NCBI RefSeq assembly: GCF_009914755.1
Contig: NC_060941.1
DNA from: the human T2T-CHM13v2.0 reference genome, Homo sapiens
Direction: 5' to 3' (one strand)
DNA length: 64,000 bases
Below, in pieces: positions 42,401-56,400 of this stretch (position 1 is its first letter; every line of letters begins with the position of its first letter). Below the pieces are notes generated by a model. The model did no database searches. It had not been told where the DNA came from and saw only the letters and a program-made list of their open reading frames with translations. The translations under genes were made by a program, and so were the position numbers.

Positions 42401-45400
42401 TTCAAATCCCAGAGTTGAACTTTCCTTTCAAAGTTCACGTTTGAAACACTCTTTTTGCAGGATCTACAAGTGGATATTTGGACCACTCTGTGTCCTTCGT
42501 TCGAAACGGGTATATCTTCACATGACATCTAGACAGAAGCATCCTCAGAAGCTTCTCTGTGATGACTGCATTCAACTCACGGAGTTGAACACTCCTTTTG
42601 AGAGCGCAGTTTTGAAACTCTCTTTCTGTGGCATCTGCAAGGGGACATGTAGACCTCTTTGAAGATTTCGTTGGAAACGGAATCATCTTCACATAAAAAC
42701 TATACAGATGCATTCTCAGGAACTTTTTGGTGATGTTTGTATTCAACTCCCAGAGTTGAACTTTCCTTTGGAAAGAGCAGCTATGAAACACTCTTTTTCT
42801 AGAATCTGCAAGTGGACGTTTGGAGGGCTTTGTGGTTTGTGGTGGAAAAGGAAATATCTTCACCTAAATACTAGATAGAAGCATTCTCAGAAACTGCTTT
42901 GTGATGATTGCATTCACCTCACAGAGTTGAACATTCCTATTGATAGAGCAGTTTGGAAACACTCTTGTTGTGGAATGTGCAAGTGGAGACTTGGAGCGTT
43001 TTGAGGCCTATGGTAGTAAAGGGAATAGCTTCATAGAAAAACTAGACAGAAGCATTCTCAGAAAATACTTTGTGATGATTGAGTTTAACTCACAGAGCTG
43101 AACATTCCTTTGGATGGAGCAGGTTTGAGACACACTTTTTGTAGAATCTACAAGTGGATATTTGGACCTCTCTGAGGATTTCGTTGGAAACGCGATAACT
43201 GCACCTAATTAAACGGAAGCATTCTCAGAAACTTCTTGGTGATGTTTGCATTCAAATCCCAGAGTTGAACCTTCCTTTGATAGTTCAGGTTTGAAACACT
43301 CTTTTTGTAGGATCTGCAAGTGGATATTTGGACCACTCTGTGGCCTTCGTTCGAAACGGGTACATCTTCGCATAAAATCTAGACAGAAGCCTTCTCAGAA
43401 ACTTCTCTGTGATGATTGCATTCAACTCACAGAGTTGAACCCTCCTATGGATAGAGCATTGTTGAAACTCTCTTTTTGTGGAATCTGCAAGTGGATATGT
43501 GGACCTCTCCGAAGATGTCTTTGGAAACGGGAATATCTTCACATAAAAACTAAACAGAAGCATTCTCAGAAACTTCTCTGTGATGTTTGTGTTCAACTCC
43601 CAGAGTTTCACATTGCTTTTCATAGAGTAGTTCTGAAACATGCTTTTCGTAGTGTCTGCAAGTGGACATTTGGAGCGCTTTCAGGCCTGTGGTGGAAAAC
43701 GAATTATGGTCCCATAAAAACTGGAGAGAAGCATTGTCAGAAACTTCTTTGTGATGATTGCATTCAACTCACGGAGATGAAGGTTCCTTTACAAACAGCA
43801 GTTTCCAAACACTCTTTCTGTGGAATCTGCAAGTGGATATTTGGACCTCTTTGAAGATTTCGTTGGAAACGGGAGAATCTTCACAGAAAAGCTAAACAGA
43901 AGCATTCTCAGAAACTTCTTTGTGATGCTTGCATTCAACTCACAGAGTTGAACTTTCCTTTCGAGAGAGAAGCTTTGAAACACTCTTTTTCCAGAATCTG
44001 CAAGTGGACATTTGGAGGGCTTTGAGGCCTGTGGTGGAAAAGGAATTAACTTCCCGTAAAAGCTAGATAGAAGCATTCTCAGAAACTACTTTGTGATGAT
44101 TGCATTCAAGTCACAGAGTTGAACATTCCCTTTGACAGAGCAGTTTGGAAACTCTCTTTGTGTAGAATCTGCAAGTGGAGATATGGACCGCTTTGAGGCC
44201 TATGGTAGTAAAGGAAATAGCTTCATATAAAAGCTAGACAGTAGCATTCACAGAAAACTCTTGGTGACGACTGAGTTTAACTCACAGAGCTGAACATTCC
44301 TTTGGATGGAGCAGTTTCGAAACACACTATTTGTAGAATGTGCAAGTGGATATTTGGGCCTCTCTGAGGATTTCGTTGGAAACGGGATAAACCGCACAGA
44401 ACTAAACAGAAGCATTCTCAGAACCTTCTTCGTGATGTTTGCATTCAACTCACAGTGTTGAACCTTTCTTTGATAGTTCAGGTTTGAAACGGTCTTTCTG
44501 TAGAAACTGCAAGTAGATATTTGGACCTCTCTGAGGATTTCGTTGGAAACGGGATAACCCGCACAGAACTAAAACAGAAGCATTCTCAGAACCCTCTTCG
44601 TGATGTTTGCATTCAACACACAGTGCTGAACCTTTCTTTGATAGTTCAGCTTTGAAACACTCTTCTTGTAGAAACTGCAAGTGGATATTTGGTCCTCTCT
44701 GAGGATTTCGTTGGAAACGGGATAAACCGCACAGAACTAAACAGAAGCATTCTCAGAACCTTCTTCGTGATGTCTGCATTCAACTCACAGTGTGGAACCT
44801 TTCTTTGATAGTTCAGGTTTGAAACACTCTTTTTGTAGAAACTGCAAGGGGATAATTGCACTTCTTTGAGGCCTACCGTAGTAAAGGAAATAACTTCCTA
44901 TAGAAAGAAGACAGAAGCTTTCTCAGAAAATTCTTTGGGATGATTGAGTGGAACTCACAGAGCTGAACATTCCTTGCGATGTAGCAGTTTAGAAACACAC
45001 TTTCTGCAGAATCTGCAAGTGCATATTTGGACCTCTCCGAGGAATTCGTTGGAAACGGGATAATTTCAGCTGACTAAACAGAAGCAGTCTCAGAATCTTC
45101 TTTGTGATGTTTGCATTCAAATCCCAGAGTTGAACTTTCCTTTCAAAGTTCACGTTTGAAACACTCTTTTTGCAGGATCTACAAGTGGATATTTGGACCA
45201 CTCTGTGTCCTTCGTTCGAAACGGGTATATCTTCACATGACATCTAGACAGAAGCATTCTCAGAAGCTTCTCTGTGATGACTGCATTCAACTCACGGAGT
45301 TCAACACTCCTTTTGAGAGCGCAGTTTTGAAACTCTCTTTCTGTGGCATCTGCAAGGGGACATGTAGACCTCTTTGAAGATTTCGTTGGAAACGGAATCA

Positions 45401-47756
45401 TCTTCACATAAAAACTATACAGATGCATTCTCAGGAACTTTTTGGTGATGTTTGTATTCAACTCCCAGAGTTGAACTTTCCTTTGGAAAGAGCAGCTATG
45501 AAACACTCTTTTTCTAGAATCTGCAAGTGGACGTTTGGAGGGCTTTGTGGTTTGTGGTGGAAAAGGAAATATCTTCACCTAAATACTAGATAGAAGCATT
45601 CTCAGAAACTGCTTTGTGATGATTGCATTCACCTCACAGAGTTGAACATTCCTATTGATAGAGCAGTTTGGAAACACTCTTGTTGTGGAATGTGCAAGTG
45701 GAGATTTGGAGCGCTTTGAGGCCTATGGTAGTAAAGGGAATAGCTTCATAGAAAAACTAGACAGAAGCATTCTCAGAAAATACTTTGTGATGATTGAGTT
45801 TAACTCACAGAGCTGAACATTCCTTTGGATGGAGCAGGTTTGAGACACACTTTTTGTAGAATCTACAAGTGGATATTTGGACCTCTCTGAGGATTTCGTT
45901 GGAAACGGGATAACTGCACCTAACTAAACGGAAACATTCTCAGAAACTTCTTGGTGATGTTTGCATTCAAATCCCAGAGTTGAACCTTCCTGTGATAGTT
46001 CAGGTTTGAAACACTCTTTTTGTAGGATCTGCAAGTGGATATTTGGACCACTCTGTGGCCTTCGTTCGAAACGGGTACATCTTCACATAAAATCTAGACA
46101 GAAGCCTTCTCAGAAACTTCTCTGTGATGATTGCATTCAACTCACAGATTTGAACCCTCCTATGGATAGAGCATTCTTGAAACTCTCTTTTTGTGGAATC
46201 TGCAAGTGGATATGTGGACCTCTCCGAAGATGTCTTTGGAAACGGGAATATCTTCACATAAAAACTAAACAGAAGCATTCTCAGAAACTTCTCTGTGATG
46301 TTTGTGTTCAACTCCCAGAGTTTCACATTGCTTTTCATAGAGTAGTTCTGAAACATGCTTTTCGTAGTGTCTGCAAGTGGACATTTGGAGCGCTTTCAGG
46401 CCTGTGGTGGAAAACGAATTATGGTCCCATGAAAACTGGAGAGAAGCATTGTCAGAAACTTCTTTGTGATGATTGCATTCAACTCACAGAGATGAAGGTT
46501 CCTTTACAAACAGCAGTTTCCAAACACTCTTTCTGTGGAATCTGCAAGTGGATATTTGGACCTCTTTGAAGATTTCGTTGGAAACGGGAGAATCTTCACA
46601 GAAAAGCTAAACAGAAGCATTCTCAGAAACTTCTTTGTGATGCTTGCATTCAACTCACAGAGTTGAACTTTCCTTTCGAGAGAGAAGCTTTGAAACACTC
46701 TTTTTCCAGAATCTGCAAGTGGACATTTGGAGGGCTTTGAGGCCTGTGGTGGAAAAGGAATTAACTTCCCGTAAAAGCTAGATAGAAGCATTCTCAGAAA
46801 CTACTTTGTGATGATTGCATTCAAGTCACAGAGTTGAACATTCCCTTTGACAGAGCAGTTTGGAAACTCTCTTTGTGTAGAATCTGCAAGTGGAGATATG
46901 GACCGCTTTGAGGCCTATGGTAGTAAAGGAAATAGCTTCATATAAAAGCTAGACAGTAGCATTCACAGAAAACTCTTGGTGACGACTGAGTTTAACTCAC
47001 AGAGCTGAACATTCCTTTGGATGGAGCAGTTTCGAAACACACTATTTGTAGAATGTGCAAGTGGATATTTGGGCCTCTCTGAGGATTTCGTTGGAAACGG
47101 GATAAACCGCACAGAACTAAACAGAAGCATTCTCAGAACCTTCTTCGTGATGTTTGCATTCAACTCACAGTGTTGAACCTTTCTTTGATAGTTCAGGTTT
47201 GAAACGGTCTTTCTGTAGAAACTGCAAGTAGATATTTGGACCTCTCTGAGGATTTCGTTGGAAACGGGATAACCCGCACAGAACTAAAACAGAAGCATTC
47301 TCAGAACCCTCTTCGTGATGTTTGCATTCAACACACAGTGCTGAACCTTTCTTTGATAGTTCAGCTTTGAAACACTCTTCTTGTAGAAACTGCAAGTGGA
47401 TATTTGGTCCTCTCTGAGGATTTCGTTGGAAACGGGATAAACCGCACAGAACTAAACAGAAGCATTCTCAGAACCTTCTTCGTGATGTCTGCATTCAACT
47501 CACAGTGTGGAACCTTTCTTTGATAGTTCAGGTTTGAAACACTCTTTTTGTAGAAACTGCAAGGGGATAATTGCGCTTCTTTGAGGCCTACCGTAGTAAA
47601 GGAAATAACTTCCTATAGAAAGAAGACAGAAGCTTTCTCAGAAAATTCTTTGGGATGATTGAGTGGAACTCACAGAGCTGAACATTCCTTGCGATGTAGC
47701 AGTTTAGAAACACACTTTCTGCAGAATCTGCAAGTGCATATTTGGACCTCTCCGAG
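12462..47756 (+). repeat. Thirteen consecutive canonical 2715-bp 16-mer HORs
   Basis: EcoRI sites at 12462, 15177, 17892, 20607, 23322, 26037, 28752, 31467, 34182, 36897, 39612, 42327, 45042 and 47757, with no net indel. Confidence 0.96.
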
Positions 47757-50470
47757 GAATTCGTTGGAAACGGGATAATTTCAGCTGACTAAACAGAAGC
47801 AGTCTCAGAATCTTCTTTGTGATGTTTGCATTCAAATCCCAGAGTTGAACTTTCCTTTCAAAGTTCACGTTTGAAACACTCTTTTTGCAGGATCTACAAG
47901 TGGATATTTGGACCACTCTGTGTCCTTCGTTCGAAACGGGTATATCTTCACATGACATCTAGACAGAAGCATTCTCAGAAGCTTCTCTGTGATGACTGCA
48001 TTCAACTCACGGAGTTGAACACTCCTTTTGAGAGCGCAGTTTTGAAACTCTCTTTCTGTGGCATCTGCAAGGGGACATGTAGACCTCTTTGAAGATTTCG
48101 TTGGAAACGGAATCATCTTCACATAAAAACTATACAGATGCATTCTCAGGAACTTTTTGGTGATGTTTGTATTCAACTCCCAGAGTTGAACTTTCCTTTG
48201 GAAAGAGCAGCTATGAAACACTCTTTTTCTAGAATCTGCAAGTGGACGTTTGGAGGGCTTTGTGGTTTGTGGTGGAAAAGGAAATATCTTCACCTAAATA
48301 CTAGATAGAAGCATTCTCAGAAACTGCTTTGTGATGATTGCATTCACCTCACAGAGTTGAACATTCCTATTGATAGAGCAGTTTGGAAACACTCTTGTTG
48401 TGGAATGTGCAAGTGGAGATTTGGAGCGCTTTGAGGCCTATGGTAGTAAAGGGAATAGCTTCAGAGAAAAACTAGACAGAAGCATTCTCAGAAAATACTT
48501 TGTGATGATTGAGTTTAACTCACAGAGCTGAACATTCCTTTGGATGGAGCAGGTTTGAGACACACTTTTTGTAGAATCTACAAGTGGATATTTGGACCTC
48601 TCTGAGGATTTCGTTGGAAACGCGATAACTGCACCTAACTAAACGGAAGCATTCTCAGAAACTTCTTGGTGATGTTTGCATTCAAATCCCAGAGTTGAAC
48701 CTTCCTTTGATAGTTCAGGTTTGAAACACTCTTTTTGTAGGATCTCTAAGTGGATATTTGGACCACTCTGTGGCCTTCGTTCGAAACGGGTATATCTTCG
48801 CATAAAATCTAGACAGAAGCCTTCTCAGAAACTTCTCTGTGATGATTGCATTCAACTCACAGAGTTGAACCCTCCTATGGATAGAGCAGTGTTGAAACTC
48901 TCTTTTTGTGGAATCTGCAAGTGGATATGTGGACCTCTCCGAAGATGTCTTTGGAAACGGGAATATCTTCACATAAAAACTAAACAGAAGCATTCTCAGA
49001 AACTTCTCTGTGATGTTTGTGTTCAACTCCCAGAGTTTCACATTGCTTTTCATAGAGTAGTTCTGAAACATGCTTTTCGTAGTGTCTACAAGTGGACATT
49101 TGGAGCGCTTTCAGGCCTGTGGTGGAAAACGAATTATGGTCACATAAAAACTGGAGAGAAGCATTGTCAGAAACTTCTTTGTGATGATTGCATTCAACTC
49201 ACAGAGTTGAAGGTTCCTTTTCAAAGAGCAGTTTCCAATCACTCTTTCTGTGGAATCTGCAAGTGGATATTTGGACCTCTTTGAAGATTTCGTTGGAAAC
49301 GGGAGAATCTTCACAGAAAAGCTAAACAGAAGCATTCTCAGAAACTTCTTTGTGATGCTTGCATTCAACTCACAGAGTTGAACTTTCCTTTCGAGAGAGA
49401 AGCTTTGAAACACTCTTTTCCAGAATCTGCAAGTGGACATTTGGAGGGCATTGAGGCCTGTGGTGGAAAAGGAATTATCTTCCCGTAAAAGCTAGACAGA
49501 AGCATTCTCAGAAACTACTTTGTGATGATTGCATTCAAGTCACAGAGTTGAACATTCCCTTTGATAGAGCAGTTTGGAAACTCTCTTTGTGTAGAATCTG
49601 CAAGTGGAGATATGGACCGCTTTGAGGCCTATGGTAGTAAAGGAAATAGCTTCATATAAAAGCTAGACAGTAGCATTCACAGAAAACTCTTGGTGACGAC
49701 TGAGTTTAACTCACAGAGCTGAACATTCCTTTGGATGGAGCAGTTTCGAAACACACTATTTGTAGAATGTGCAAGTGGATATTTGGGCCTCTCTGAGGAT
49801 TTCGTTGGAAACGGGATAAACCGCACAGAACTAAACAGAAGCATTCTCAGAACCTTCTTCGTGATGTTTGCATTCAACTCACAGTGTTGAACCTTTCTTT
49901 CATAGTTCAGGTTTGAAACGGTCTTTCTGTAGAAACTGCAAGTAGATATTTGGACCTCTCTGAGGATTTCGTTGGAAACGGGATGAACCGCACAGAACTA
50001 AAACAGAAGCATTCTCAGAACCCTCTTCGTGATGTTTGCATTCAACTCACAGTGCTGAACCTTTCTTTGATAGTTCAGCTTTGAAACACTCTTCTTGTAG
50101 AAACTGCAAGTGGATATTTGGTCCTCTCTGAGGATTTCGTTGGAAAAGGGATAAACCGCACAGAACTAAACAGAAGCATTCTTAGAACCTTCTTCGTGAT
50201 GTCTGCATTCAACTCACAGTGTGGAACCTTTCTTTGATAGTTCAGGTTTGAAACACTCTTTTTGTAGAAACTGCAAGGGGATAATTGCACTTCTTTGAGG
50301 CCTACCGTAGTAAAGGAAATAACTTCCTATAGAAAGAAGACAGAAGCTTTCTCAGAAAATTCTTTGGGATGATTGAGTGGAACTCACAGAGCTGAACATT
50401 CCTTGCGATGTAGCAGTTTAGAAACACACTTTCTGCAGAATCTGCAAGTGCATATTTGGACCTCTCTGAG
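47757..50470 (+). repeat. 16-mer HOR of 2714 bp (1-bp deletion) carrying the diverged haplotype
   Basis: EcoRI sites at 47757 and 50471. CACTCTTTTCCAG at ~49411 replaces CACTCTTTTTCCAG, and the ORF frames shift by 1 downstream. Confidence 0.94.
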
Positions 50471-53400
50471 GAATTCGTTGGAAACGGGATAATTTCAGCT
50501 GACTAAACAGAAGCAGTCTCAGAATCTTCTTTGTGATGTTTGCATTCAAATCCCAGAGTTGAACTTTCCTTTCAAAGTTCACGTTTGAAACACTCTTTTT
50601 GCAGGTTCTACAAGTGGATATTTGGACCACTCTGTGTCCTTCGTTCGAAACGGGTATATCTTCACATGACATCTAGACAGAAGCATTCTCAGAAGCTTCT
50701 CTGTGATGACTGCATTCAACTCACGGAGTTCAACACTCCTTTTGAGAGCGCAGTTTTGAAACTCTCTTTCTGTGGCATCTGCAAGGGGACATGTAGACCT
50801 CTTTGAAGATTTCGTAGGAAACGGAATCATCTTCACATAAAAACTATACAGATGCATTCTCAGGAACTTTTTGGTGATGTTTGTATTCAACTCCCAGAGT
50901 TGAACTTTCCTTTGGAAAGAGCAGCTATGACACACTCTTTTTCTAGAATCTGCAAGTGGACGTTTGGAGGGCTTTGTGGTTTGTGGTGGAAAAGGAAATA
51001 TCTTCACCTAAATACTAGATAGAAGCATTCTCAGAAACTACTTTGTGATGATTGCATTCACCTCACAGAGTTGAACATTCCTATTGATAGAGCAGTTTGG
51101 AAACACTCTTGTTGTGGAATGTGCAAGTGGAGATTTGGAGCGCTTTGAGGCCTATGGTAGTAAAGGGAATAGCTTTATAGAAAAACTAGACAGAAGCATT
51201 CTCAGAAAATACTTTGTGATGATTGAGTTTAACTCACAGAGCTGAACATTCCTTTGGATGGAGCAGGTTTGAGACACACTTTTTGTAGAATCTACAAGTG
51301 GATATTTGGACCTCTCTGAGGATTTCGTTGGAAACGCGATAACTGCACCTAACTAAACGGAAGCATTCTCAGAAACTTCTTGGTGATGTTTGCATTCAAA
51401 TCCCAGAGTTGAACCTTCCTGTGATAGTTCAGGTTTGAAACACTCTTTTTGTAGGATCTGCAAGTGGATATTTGGACCACTCTGGGGCCTTCGTTCGAAA
51501 CGGGTACATCTTCACATAAAATCTAGACAGAAGCCTTCTCAGAAACTTCTCTGTGATGATTGCATTCAACTCACAGAGTTGAACCCTCCTATGGATAGAG
51601 CATTGTTGAAACTCTCTTTTTGTGGAATCTGCAAGTGGATATGTGGACCTCTCCGAAGATGTCTTTGGAAACGGGAATATCTTCACATAAAAACTAAACA
51701 GAAGCATTCTCAGAAACTTCTCTGTGATGTTTGTGTTCAACTCCCAGAGTTTCACATTGCTTTTCATAGAGTAGTTCTGAAACATGCTTTTCGTAGTGTC
51801 TGCAAGTGGACATTTGGAGCGCTTTCAGGCCTGTGGTGGAAAACGAATTATGGTCCCATAAAAACTGGAGAGAAGCATTGTCAGAAACTTCTTTGTGATG
51901 ATTGCATTCAACTCACAGAGATGAAGGTTCCTTTACAAACAGCAGTTTCCAAACACTCTTTCTGTGGAATCTGCAAGTGGATATTTGGACCTCTTTGAAG
52001 ATTTCGTTGGAAACGGGAGAATCTTCACAGAAAATCTAAACAGAAGCATTCTCAGAAACTTCTTTGTGATGCTTGCATTCAACTCACAGAGTTGAACTTT
52101 CCTTTCGAGAGAGAAGCTTTGAAACACTCTTTTTCCAGAATCTGCAAGTGGACATTTGGAGGGCTTTGAGGCCTGTGGTGGAAAAGGAATTAACTTCCCG
52201 TAAAAGCTAGATAGAAGCATTCTCAGAAACTACTTTGTGATGATTGCATTCAAGTCACAGAGTTGAACATTCCCTTTGACAGAGCAGTTTGGAAACTCTC
52301 TTTGTGTAGAATCTGCAAGTGGAGATATGGACCGCTTTGAGGCCTATGGTAGTAAAGGAAATAGCTTCATATAAAAGCTAGACAGTAGCATTCACAGAAA
52401 ACTCTTGGTGACGACTGAGTTTAACTCACAGAGCTGAACATTCCTTTGGATGGAGCAGTTTCGAAACACACTATTTGTAGAATGTGCAAGTGGATATTTG
52501 GGCCTCTCTGAGGATTTCGTTGGAAACGGGATAAACCGCACAGAACTAAACAGAAGCATTCTCAGAACCTACTTCGTGATGTTTGCATTCAACTCACAGT
52601 GTTGAACCTTTCTTTGATAGTTCAGGTTTGAAACGGTCTTTCTGTAGAAACTGCAAGTAGATATTTGGACCTCTCTGAGGATTTCGTTGGAAACGGGATA
52701 AACCGCACAGAACTAAAACAGAAGCATTCTCAGAACCCTCTTCGTGATGTTTGCATTCAACTCACAGTGCTGAACCTTTCTTTGATAGTTCAGCTTTGAA
52801 ACACTCTTCTTGTAGAAACTGCAAGTGGATATTTGGTCCTCTCTGAGGATTTCGTTGGAAACGGGATAAACCGCACAGAACTAAACAGAAGCATTCTCAG
52901 AACCTTCTTCGTGATGTCTGCATTCAACTCACAGTGTGGAACCTTTCTTTGATAGTTCAGGTTTGAAACACTCTTTTTGTAGAAACTGCAAGGGGATAAT
53001 TGCACTTCTTTGAGGCCTACCGTAGTAAAGGAAATAACTTCCTATAGAAAGAAGACAGAAGCTTTCTCAGAAAATTCTTTGGGATGATTGAGTGGAACTC
53101 ACAGAGCTGAACATTCCTTGAGATGTAGCAGTTTAGAAACACACTTTCTGCAGAATCTGCAAGTGCATATTTGGACCTCTCCGAGGAATTCGTTGGAAAC
53201 GGGATAATTTCAGCTGACTAAACAGAAGCAGTCTCAGAATCTTCTTTGTGATGTTTGCATTCAAATCCCAGAGTTGAACTTTCCTTTCAAAGTTCACGTT
53301 TGAAACACTCTTTTTGCAGGATCTACAAGTGGATATTTGGACCACTCTGTGTCCTTCGTTCGAAACGGGTATATCTTCACATGACATCTAGACAGAAGCA

Positions 53401-56400
53401 TTCTCAGAAGCTTCTCTGTGATGACTGCATTCAACTCACGGAGTTGAACACTCCTTTTGAGAGCGCAGTTTTGAAACTCTCTTTCTGTGGCATCTGCAAG
53501 GGGACATGTAGACCTCTTTGAAGATTTCGTTGGAAACGGAATCATCTTCACATAAAAACTATACAGATGCATTCTCAGGAACTTTTTGGTGATGTTTGTA
53601 TTCAACTCCCAGAGTTGAACTTTCCTTTGGAAAGAGCAGCTATGAAACACTCTTTTTCTAGAATCTGCAAGTGGACGTTTGGAGGGCTTTGTGGTTTGTG
53701 GTGGAAAAGGAAATATCTTCACCTAAATACTAGATAGAAGCATTCTCAGAAACTGCTTTGTGATGATTGCATTCACCTCACAGAGTTGAACATTCCTATT
53801 GATAGAGCAGTTTGGAAACACTCTTGTTGTGGAATGTGCAAGTGGAGACTTGGAGCGTTTTGAGGCCTATGGTAGTAAAGGGAATAGCTTCATAGAAAAA
53901 CTAGACAGAAGCATTCTCAGAAAATACTTTGTGATGATTGAGTTTAACTCACAGAGCTGAACATTCCTTTGGATGGAGCAGGTTTGAGACACACTTTTTG
54001 TAGAAACTACAAGTGGATATTTGGACCTCTCTGAGGATTTCGTTGGAAACGCGATAACTGCACCTAATTAAACGGAAGCATTCTCAGAAACTTCTTGGTG
54101 ATGTTTGCATTCAAATCCCAGAGTTGAACCTTCCTTTGATAGTTCAGGTTTGAAACACTCTTTTTGTAGGATCTGCAAGTGGATATTTGGACCACTCTGT
54201 GGCCTTCGTTCGAAACGGGTACATCTTCGCATAAAATCTAGACAGAAGCCTTCTCAGAAACTTCTCTGTGATGATTGCATTCAACTCACAGAGTTGAACC
54301 CTCCTATGGATAGAGCATTGTTGAAACTCTCTTTTTGTGGAATCTGCAAGTGGATATGTGGACCTCTCCGAAGATGTCTTTGGAAACGGGAATATCTTCA
54401 CATAAAAACTAAACAGAAGCATTCTCAGAAACTTCTCTGTGATGTTTGGTTTCAACTCCCAGAGTTTCACATTGCTTTTCATAGAGTAGTTCTGAAACAT
54501 GCTTTTCGTAGTGTCTGCAAGTGGACATTTGGAGCGCTTTCAGGCCTGTGGTGGAAAACGAATTATGGTCCCATAAAAACTGGAGAGAAGCATTGTCAGA
54601 AACTTCTTTGTGATGATTGCATTCAACTCACAGAGATGAAGGTTCCTTTACAAACAGCAGTTTCCAAACACTCTTTCTGTGGAATCTGCAAGTGGATATT
54701 TGGACCTCTTTGAAGATTTCGTTGGAAACGGGAGAATCTTCACAGAAAAGCTAAACAGAAGCATTCTCAGAAACTTCTTTGTGATGCTTGCATTCAACTC
54801 ACAGAGTTGAACTTTCCTTTCGAGAGAGAAGCTTTGAAACACTCTTTTTCCAGAATCTGCAAGTGGACATTTGGAGGGCTTTGAGGCCTGTGGTGGAAAA
54901 GGAATTAACTTCCCGTAAAAGCTAGATAGAAGCATTCTCAGAAACTACTTTGTGATGATTGCATTCAAGTCACAGAGTTGAACATTCCCTTTGACAGAGC
55001 AGTTTGGAAACTCTCTTTGTGTAGAATCTGCAAGTGGAGATATGGACCGCTTTGAGGCCTATGGTAGTAAAGGAAATAGCTTCATATAAAAGCTAGACAG
55101 TAGCATTCACAGAAAACTCTTGGTGACGACTGAGTTTAACTCACAGAGCTGAACATTCCTTTGGATGGAGCAGTTTCGAAACACACTATTTGTAGAATGT
55201 GCAAGTGGATATTTGGGCCTCTCTGAGGATTTCGTTGGAAACGGGATAAACCGCACAGAACTAAACAGAAGCATTCTCAGAACCTTCTTCGTGATGTTTG
55301 CATTCAACTCACAGTGTTGAACCTTTCTTTGATAGTTCAGGTTTGAAACGGTCTTTCTGTAGAAACTGCAAGTAGATATTTGGACCTCTCTGAGGATTTC
55401 GTTGGAAACGGGATAAACCGCACAGAACTAAAACAGAAGCATTCTCAGAACCCTCTTCGTGATGTTTGCATTCAACTCACAGTGCTGAACCTTTCTTTGA
55501 TAGTTCAGCTTTGAAACACTCTTCTTGTAGAAACTGCAAGTGGATATTTGGTCCTCTCTGAGGATTTCGTTGGAAACGGGATAAACCGCACAGAACTAAA
55601 CAGAAGCATTCTCAGAACCTTCTTCGTGATGTCTGCATTCAACTCACAGTGTGGAACCTTTCTTTGATAGTTCAGGTTTGAAACACTCTTTTTGTAGAAA
55701 CTGCAAGGGGATAATTGCACTTCTTTGAGGCCTACCGTAGTAAAGGAAATAACTTCCTATAGAAAGAAGACAGAAGCTTTCTCAGAAAATTCTTTGGGAT
55801 GATTGAGTGGAACTCACAGAGCTGAACATTCCTTGAGATGTAGCAGTTTAGAAACACACTTTCTGCAGAATCTGCAAGTGCATATTTGGACCTCTCCGAG
55901 GAATTCGTTGGAAACGGGATAATTTCAGCTGACTAAACAGAAGCAGTCTCAGAATCTTCTTTGTGATGTTTGCATTCAAATCCCAGAGTTGAACTTTCCT
56001 TTCAAAGTTCACGTTTGAAACACTCTTTTTGCAGGATCTACAAGTGGATATTTGGACCACTCTGTGTCCTTCGTTCGAAACGGGTATATCTTCACATGAC
56101 ATCTAGACAGAAGCATTCTCAGAAGCTTCTCTGTGATGACTGCATTCAACTCACGGAGTTGAACACTCCTTTTGAGAGCGCAGTTTTGAAACTCTCTTTC
56201 TGTGGCATCTGCAAGGGGACATGTAGACCTCTTTGAAGATTTCGTTGGAAACGGAATCATCTTCACATAAAAACTATACAGATGCATTCTCAGGAACTTT
56301 TTGGTGATGTTTGTATTCAACTCCCAGAGTTGAACTTTCCTTTGGAAAGAGCAGCTATGAAACACTCTTTTTCTAGAATCTGCAAGTGGACGTTTGGAGG

